Positions 58,698 through 64,000 of a stretch of DNA of 64,000 nt are shown here, one piece after another. The first letter of the stretch is position 1, and every line of letters begins with the position of its first letter. The stretch spans positions 26,264 to 90,263 of the forward strand of contig JAAFIH010000017.1 of NCBI GenBank assembly GCA_013297755.1. The letters run 5' to 3'. This stretch comes from Cytophagales bacterium (lineage in GTDB: Bacteria; Bacteroidota; Bacteroidia; Cytophagales; UBA9547). The position numbers and the translations under genes were made by a program. Under the pieces are notes generated by a model. The model ran no database searches and was not told the DNA's origin. It was given only the letters and a program-made list of their open reading frames with translations.

Positions 58698-61600
58698 ATG
58701 AAAAATTCAATATTCAGCCCCCAAACCCCCGAAGGGGGCTTTCTGAGACTACAAACTTCAAACATTGTACTCCAATTCAAAAATCTTGCGCCAGCCTCAA
58801 ATACAAAAAAAGTCCTTTTTAAAGCCCCCTTCGGGGGTTTGGGGGCTGTTCTTTTCACATTCCTCCTCCTTACCCACCTCACCTTTGCTCAACGCACCTT
58901 TGCCCCACAAGTTACCTACGCCACAGGTACTAATCCATACAGCGTAGCGATAGGCGACCTTACTGGCGATGGCAGAGCAGATTTGGCAGTGGCGAATAGT
59001 AATATCAACACCATAAGTGTATATACCAACACAGGCAGCGGCAGCTTTGCCCCACAGGTAACCTACAACACAGGTTCTAATCCATACAGCGTATTTATAG
59101 GCGACCTTACAGGCGATGGCAAAGCCGATTTGGCAGTAGCGAATTATATTAGCAATACCGTAAGTGTATATACCAACACAGGCAGCGGCAGCTTTGCCCC
59201 ACAAGTAACCTACGCCACAGGTTCTCGTCCTTGTAGCGTAGCGATAGTTGACCTTACAGGCGATGGCAAAGCCGATTTGGCAGTAGCGAATCGTAGTAGC
59301 AATACCGTAAGTGTATATACCAACACAGGCAGCGGCACCTTTGCCCCCCAAGTTACCTACGCCACAGGTACTAGTCCATACAGCGTAGCCATAGGCGACC
59401 TTACAGGCGATGGCAGACCCGATTTGGTAGTAGCGAATAGTAATAGCAATACCGTAAGTGTATATACCAACACAGGCAGCGGCAGCTTTGCAGCCCAAGT
59501 AACCTACGCCACAGGGTCTGGTCCATTCAGCGTAGCGATAGGCGACCTTACAGGCGATGGCAAAGCCGATTTGGCAGTAGCGAATAATGGTAGCAATACC
59601 GTAAGTGTATATACCAACACTGGCAGCGGCAGCTTTGCAGCCCAAGTAACCTACGCCACAGGTCTTGGTCCAATCAGCGTAGCTATAGGCGACCTTACAG
59701 GCGATGGCAGAGCCGATTTAGCAGTAGCGAATCAGAGTAGCAATACCGTAAGTGTACTCACCAACACAGGCAGCGGCACCTTTGCCCCCCAAGTTACCTA
59801 CGCCACAGGTACTACTCCATGGAGCGTAGCCATAGGCGACCTTACAGGCGATGGCAAAGCAGATTTGGCAGTAGCGAATTATAATAGCAATACCGTAAGT
59901 GTACTCATCGCACAAGAGGTGCAGTTTATCAATGGGTTTTTAGTTTCAAATAAGGTATATGGCAGTACTTTTGCTTTTAATGCAACAGCTACAAGTGGCT
60001 TGCCGGTGAGCTACAGCAGTTCAAATCCTAGTATTTTAAGTCTTGTGGGCAATGCTGCTACAGCTACAGGTGTAGGAGTAGTTACAGTTACAGCTTTTCA
60101 AAATGGCAATGCTACTTTTGCAGGAGTTACACTTACGGGTGTGCTTACCATTACCAAAGCCAACCTTACTGTTCAAGGCAATAATAATACTAGGGTATAT
60201 GGAACTGCTAACCCTGCTTTTACAAGTTCGGTTACAGGTTTGGTATTGGGCAGCACAGTAAATGTAACCTACAGCACCACAGCCACACCTAGTAGCAATG
60301 TGGGCAATTATCCTATAAACATAAGTGTTACAGGCATAGCCTTGGCAAATTATAACCTCACTACTTTGGCAGGGGTTTTAACCATAACAGCAAAACCTGC
60401 CACCGTTTCGGGCAATAATTTTAGTAGAGAATATAGTGCTTCTAACCCCATATTTACAGGCAGTGTTTTAGGTTTGGTAAATAATGATGCAATTACATAT
60501 AGTGGTTCTACATCCGCAACAAGCCTTTCGGGAATTGGCGTTTATGCAATAATTGCAACCGCTGTTGGTACAAACATTCTCAATTATCAATTCTCCATTC
60601 TCAATTCAAACCTCTCCATTACCGCAAAATCAGCCACCGTTTCGGGCAATAATTTTAATAGAGTTTATGGTTCAACCAATCCTATATTTACAGGTACCGT
60701 TTTAGGTTTGGTAAATGGCGATGTACTTAATTATAGTGGTTCTACTACAGCCACAAGTCTTTCTGGAGTTGGCGTTTATGCAATTCTTGCAACTTTTGTG
60801 GGAAATAATGTGTCAAATAATTATAAACTCTCCATTCTCAATTCTCAATTAACTATTACTGCTTTGGCTTTTGTGAGTACAGCACCTAGCCCTATTGTTT
60901 TTAATAGTACAGTTTATGATGGTCAGCCAAAAGTGCCTTCTGTGGTTGGTTTGCCTAGCACTTCGGGAGTAAACTATACCTACAATGGCAGTAGCACAGC
61001 TCCCACCAATGCAGGAAGTTATACAGTTGTGGGTATAATCACAGACCCAAATTACACAGGTACAGTTACAAGTGTAATCATAATATCTCCATCAGATATT
61101 AGCAATCAACTTTCGGTAGCTGGGCTTAGCAATAGTATGTATAATGGTTCGCCCAAAACTACAAGCATTACAGGTTTGCCTTTAGGAGTTGCCAGTAGCG
61201 TTACCTACAATGGTAGCCCAACTGCACCTACAAACGCAGGTACATATACAGTTATAGGAATTGTAAATGATAATAATTATATAGGTACAGTTACAAGTGT
61301 TATCGTAATTTCTCCATCAGACATTAGCAACCAACTTTCGGTAGCTGGGCTTAGCAATAGTGTATATAATGGTTCGCCCAAAACTACAAGCATTACAGGT
61401 TTGCCTTCAGGAGTTGCCAGTAGCGTTACCTACAATGGTAGCCCAACTGCACCTACAAACGCAGGTACATATACAGTTATAGGAATTGTAAATGATAATA
61501 ATTATATAGGTACAGTTACAAGTGTTATCCTAATTTCTCCATCAGACATTAGCAACCAACTTTCGGTAGCTGGGCTTAGCAATAGTATGTATAATGGTTC

Positions 61601-62747
61601 GCCAAAAGCTACAAGTATTACAGGTTTGCCTTCAGGAGTTGCCAGTAGCGTTACCTACAATGGTAGCCCAACTGCACCTACAAACGCAGGTACTTACACA
61701 GTTATAGGAATTGTAAATGATAATAATTATATAGGTACAGTTACAAGTGTTATCCTAATTTCTCCATCAGACATTAGCAACCAACTTTCGGTAGCTGGGC
61801 TTAGCAATAGTGTATATAATGGTTCGCCAAAAGCTACAAGCATTACAGGTTTGCCTTCAGGAGTTGCCAGTAGCGTTACCTACAATGGTAGCCCAACTGC
61901 ACCTACAAACGCAGGTACATATACAGTTATAGGAATTGTAAATGATAATAATTATGTAGGCACAACCACAAGCACAATGGTAATTTTACCAGTTTCGGCA
62001 ACCATAGTTGGCAACAATGTAAACAGAGTATATGGCTTAGCTAATCCCATATTTACAGGTACAATATTAGGTTTGGTAAATAGCGATGTTATAAATTATG
62101 AAGGTTCTACATCAGCCACAAGCCTTTCGGGAATTGGGGTTTATGCAATCATAGCCACAGCCACAGGAACAAACGTGGGTAATTATCAATTCTCCATTTT
62201 CAATGCTCAATTAACAGTAACACCAGCAAATGCAACAGCAAGTGTATCTGGCATAGTGTCGGATGGAAATATTGTTAACGCCACTGTGCCAACAAGTATT
62301 ACCATTTCGGGTTCAGGTTTCGAGCCAGGAGCAAGTGTTACTGTCAATGGAGTGGTTTTGTCAAACTTAATAGTAATTAACGGCTCAACAATTATAGCTA
62401 CTTTGCCAGCTGGCTCAGCCACAAGTAGCAATGTGAGTGCAATAGTTCAAAACCCAAACCAAAATCCAAGTGCCTCAACTGCTATAGTTGTAGTAAACGC
62501 CAATCCAACTTCTACTAGCCTACCAGTCTACCAATCTACCAACCTTACAGTTTTCCCCAATCCAAGTAAAGGTAGTTTTACAATTTCGGCATCTATGCCA
62601 CTAGGCAAAATAATGATTTACACCCTCGATGGAAAATTGGTGCAAACCAAAACTACCAATGAAAACAAACTATTTGTTTCGGGTATTTCAACAGGAACAT
62701 ATATTGTATATGTGGATAAATCGAGTGTAAAAGTAGTGGTTGAATAG
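58698..62747 (+). CDS. FG-GAP/VCBS beta-propeller + MBG + Ig-like repeat protein with a T9SS type A sorting domain
   Basis: Seven 49-aa FAPQVTYATG..P.SVAIGDLTGDGKADLAVAN..SNTVSVYTNTGSGS repeats. MBG-like (R)VYG..NPIFTG..LGLVNGD modules. Four near-identical 75-aa Ig-like modules. C-terminus LTVFPNPSKGSFTI...GTYIVYVDKSSVKVVVE. Confidence 0.8.
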   Translation: MKNSIFSPQTPEGGFLRLQTSNIVLQFKNLAPASNTKKVLFKAPFGGLGAVLFTFLLLTHLTFAQRTFAPQVTYATGTNPYSVAIGDLTGDGRADLAVANSNINTISVYTNTGSGSFAPQVTYNTGSNPYSVFIGDLTGDGKADLAVANYISNTVSVYTNTGSGSFAPQVTYATGSRPCSVAIVDLTGDGKADLAVANRSSNTVSVYTNTGSGTFAPQVTYATGTSPYSVAIGDLTGDGRPDLVVANSNSNTVSVYTNTGSGSFAAQVTYATGSGPFSVAIGDLTGDGKADLAVANNGSNTVSVYTNTGSGSFAAQVTYATGLGPISVAIGDLTGDGRADLAVANQSSNTVSVLTNTGSGTFAPQVTYATGTTPWSVAIGDLTGDGKADLAVANYNSNTVSVLIAQEVQFINGFLVSNKVYGSTFAFNATATSGLPVSYSSSNPSILSLVGNAATATGVGVVTVTAFQNGNATFAGVTLTGVLTITKANLTVQGNNNTRVYGTANPAFTSSVTGLVLGSTVNVTYSTTATPSSNVGNYPINISVTGIALANYNLTTLAGVLTITAKPATVSGNNFSREYSASNPIFTGSVLGLVNNDAITYSGSTSATSLSGIGVYAIIATAVGTNILNYQFSILNSNLSITAKSATVSGNNFNRVYGSTNPIFTGTVLGLVNGDVLNYSGSTTATSLSGVGVYAILATFVGNNVSNNYKLSILNSQLTITALAFVSTAPSPIVFNSTVYDGQPKVPSVVGLPSTSGVNYTYNGSSTAPTNAGSYTVVGIITDPNYTGTVTSVIIISPSDISNQLSVAGLSNSMYNGSPKTTSITGLPLGVASSVTYNGSPTAPTNAGTYTVIGIVNDNNYIGTVTSVIVISPSDISNQLSVAGLSNSVYNGSPKTTSITGLPSGVASSVTYNGSPTAPTNAGTYTVIGIVNDNNYIGTVTSVILISPSDISNQLSVAGLSNSMYNGSPKATSITGLPSGVASSVTYNGSPTAPTNAGTYTVIGIVNDNNYIGTVTSVILISPSDISNQLSVAGLSNSVYNGSPKATSITGLPSGVASSVTYNGSPTAPTNAGTYTVIGIVNDNNYVGTTTSTMVILPVSATIVGNNVNRVYGLANPIFTGTILGLVNSDVINYEGSTSATSLSGIGVYAIIATATGTNVGNYQFSIFNAQLTVTPANATASVSGIVSDGNIVNATVPTSITISGSGFEPGASVTVNGVVLSNLIVINGSTIIATLPAGSATSSNVSAIVQNPNQNPSASTAIVVVNANPTSTSLPVYQSTNLTVFPNPSKGSFTISASMPLGKIMIYTLDGKLVQTKTTNENKLFVSGISTGTYIVYVDKSSVKVVVE
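58716..58847. repeat. GC-rich palindromic element (CCCCCGAAGGGGG family) inserted in-frame in the signal-peptide coding region
   Basis: AGCCCCCAAACCCCCGAAGGGGGCTTT ... AAAGCCCCCTTCGGGGGTTTGGGGGCT, 27-bp perfect terminal inverted repeats. It is exactly 132 nt, which is 44 codons. Confidence 0.8.
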
Positions 62748-62760
62748 GTAACAAAGGATG

Positions 62761-63248
62761 CGAACGCAGACAGGGTTTTGAACCCTGTCTGCGTTTGATT
62801 TTTTAAAGATTCTGTCGCTTGGAGCGATGATTTCTTTTTTTAAACTACAAACCTATAAGGTTTTAAAAACCTTATAGGTTTGCGAACGCAGACAGGGTTT
62901 TGAACCCTGTCTGCGTTTGATTTTTTAAAGATTCTATCGCTTGGAGCGATGATTTCTTTTTTTTAACTACAAACCTATAAGGTTTTAAAAACCTTATAGG
63001 TTTGCGAACGCAGACAGGGTTTTGAACCCTGTCTGCGTTTGATTTTTTAAAGATTCTATCGCTTGGAGCGATGATTTCTTTTTTTTAACTACAAACCTAT
63101 AAGGTTTTAAAAACCTTATAGGTTTGCGAACGCAGACAGGGTTTTGAACCCTGTCTGCGTTTGATTTTTTAAAGATTCTATCGCTTGGAGCGATGATTTC
63201 TTTTTTTTAACTACAAACCTATAAGGTTTTAAAAACCTTATAGGTTTA
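62761..63248. repeat. 4 x 122-bp near-identical tandem repeat, each unit built of three hairpins
   Basis: Units start at 62761, 62883, 63005 and 63127. Hairpins are AACGCAGACAGGGT-loop-ACCCTGTCTGCGTT (+TGATTTTTT), ATCGCT-tgg-AGCGAT, and the perfect palindrome AAACCTATAAGGTTTT/AAAACCTTATAGGTTT. Confidence 0.9.
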
Positions 63249-63261
63249 TTTACCGATTTTT

Positions 63262-63500
63262 TAAAAAGTGAAACTTCTACGTTTACAAATATACCATCGC
63301 TCCAAACAAAGGTATCTTTATCATAAAATTCATGAGTTAGCAAAAGCCCCCTTCGGGGGTTTGGGGGCTTACTATCAAAAGCCCTCTTCGGGGTTCTGTG
63401 CATCGAACAGAAGTACTTTCAGGGGTTCTGTGCATCGAACAGAAGTACTTTCAGGGGGCTTTCCCTGAAGTTCCACTTTTTTGAAAAGTGGAACTTCTAC
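63262..63500. repeat. mosaic of nested hairpin modules (composite repeat, copy 2)
   Basis: Same module order as 57941-58170, in direct orientation, ending with GAAGTTCCAC-ttttttgaaaa-GTGGAACTTC. Confidence 0.8.
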
Positions 63501-63729
63501 CAACCCCTACGTGCTTTGCTCCTACAAGATACCAAAGCTATGTGTTTGAACACAACTTTTGGCGAATACTTACAATTTTTCAAAATCAAAAAAAATAACA
63601 AAAAGCGTGTTTTCACGGTCTATTTACAATATTTTATTACTAATCTAAAAAAAAAACATTTGATTATCATTTTTTTGATTACTTTAGTGATTATTTTAGA
63701 ATATAACTACATATATTATTACATTTAAA

Positions 63730-64000
63730 ATGAAAAAACTATTACTCATAAGTTGTATTTTTGTAACAAGTTTGGGGTTTGGGCGAACAATTACTGGCGT
63801 GGGCAATTTAAGTGAACCAAATTATGGTTTAGTAGGGTTACCTAGTTGTGGTAATTTACAAGGTAGTATTTTTACAATAACAGGGTTTGAATTGGATCCT
63901 ATTATTTTAATTGGTAATGTAGAGATTAATTTAAAAACATTTGTTGGATATTCTCAATTTGAAATTCCAAATATTACATCAGCTGGTGCAAACAATAGTT
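63730..64000 (+). CDS. secreted protein, N-terminal fragment (runs off the window; not in the supplied ORF track)
   Basis: The ATG at 63730 opens a frame with no stop to base 64000: MKKLLLISCIFVTSLGFGRTITG..., a typical signal peptide. Confidence 0.5.
   Translation, partial: MKKLLLISCIFVTSLGFGRTITGVGNLSEPNYGLVGLPSCGNLQGSIFTITGFELDPIILIGNVEINLKTFVGYSQFEIPNITSAGANNS

Noticed and set aside
58797-59645. 282-aa minus-strand ORF
   Set aside because: It lies antisense to the FG-GAP repeat region. It stays open only because of the periodic repeat composition, and it has no start context or recognisable domain.
62761-63248. Possible CRISPR array (regularly spaced palindromic repeats)
   Set aside because: The whole 122-bp unit repeats, so there are no unique spacers. 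No cas genes are present in the window. The architecture is a plain tandem duplication.

Overview
Low-GC window that looks like Bacteroidota: T9SS type A and type B C-terminal sorting domains, a GldD-like lipoprotein, and rpmB-rpmG followed by a DUF4295-type gene. All calls come from reading motifs by eye; no database search was run. Repeat coordinates are accurate to about +/-10 nt. Layout: (1) 1-5.8 kb: the alaS 3' end, then a small defence island with a Septu-like ATPase/HNH-like pair and a GmrSD-like DUF262/DUF1524 enzyme. (2) 5.8-44.5 kb: mostly housekeeping and envelope genes (sufD, terC, GH3, a DeoR-aldolase-IMPase-MFS cluster, tRNA-Pro, a 2362-aa S8 peptidase/LamG protein, several T9SS cargo proteins, gldD, trpC, gyrA, rpmB/rpmG, a DEGS-like desaturase). 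(3) 44.7-57.8 kb: a minus-strand non-phosphorylative L-fucose catabolic cluster with two GH29 fucosidases and a LacI regulator, interrupted by vapBC and a four-helix-bundle gene. (4) 57.9-64 kb: a 1349-aa FG-GAP/MBG T9SS protein flanked by mosaic hairpin repeats. The most unusual feature is a dense population of non-coding repeats. There are heptanucleotide tandem arrays of at least five different motifs, and at least three families of palindromic (MITE/REP-like) elements. Several of these sit in-frame inside otherwise conserved coding sequences: twice in the fuconolactonase-like gene, once in the FAH-family hydrolase, and once in a signal peptide. This resembles the in-frame Rickettsia palindromic elements and the cyanobacterial STRR heptamers, here in a Bacteroidota-like genome.
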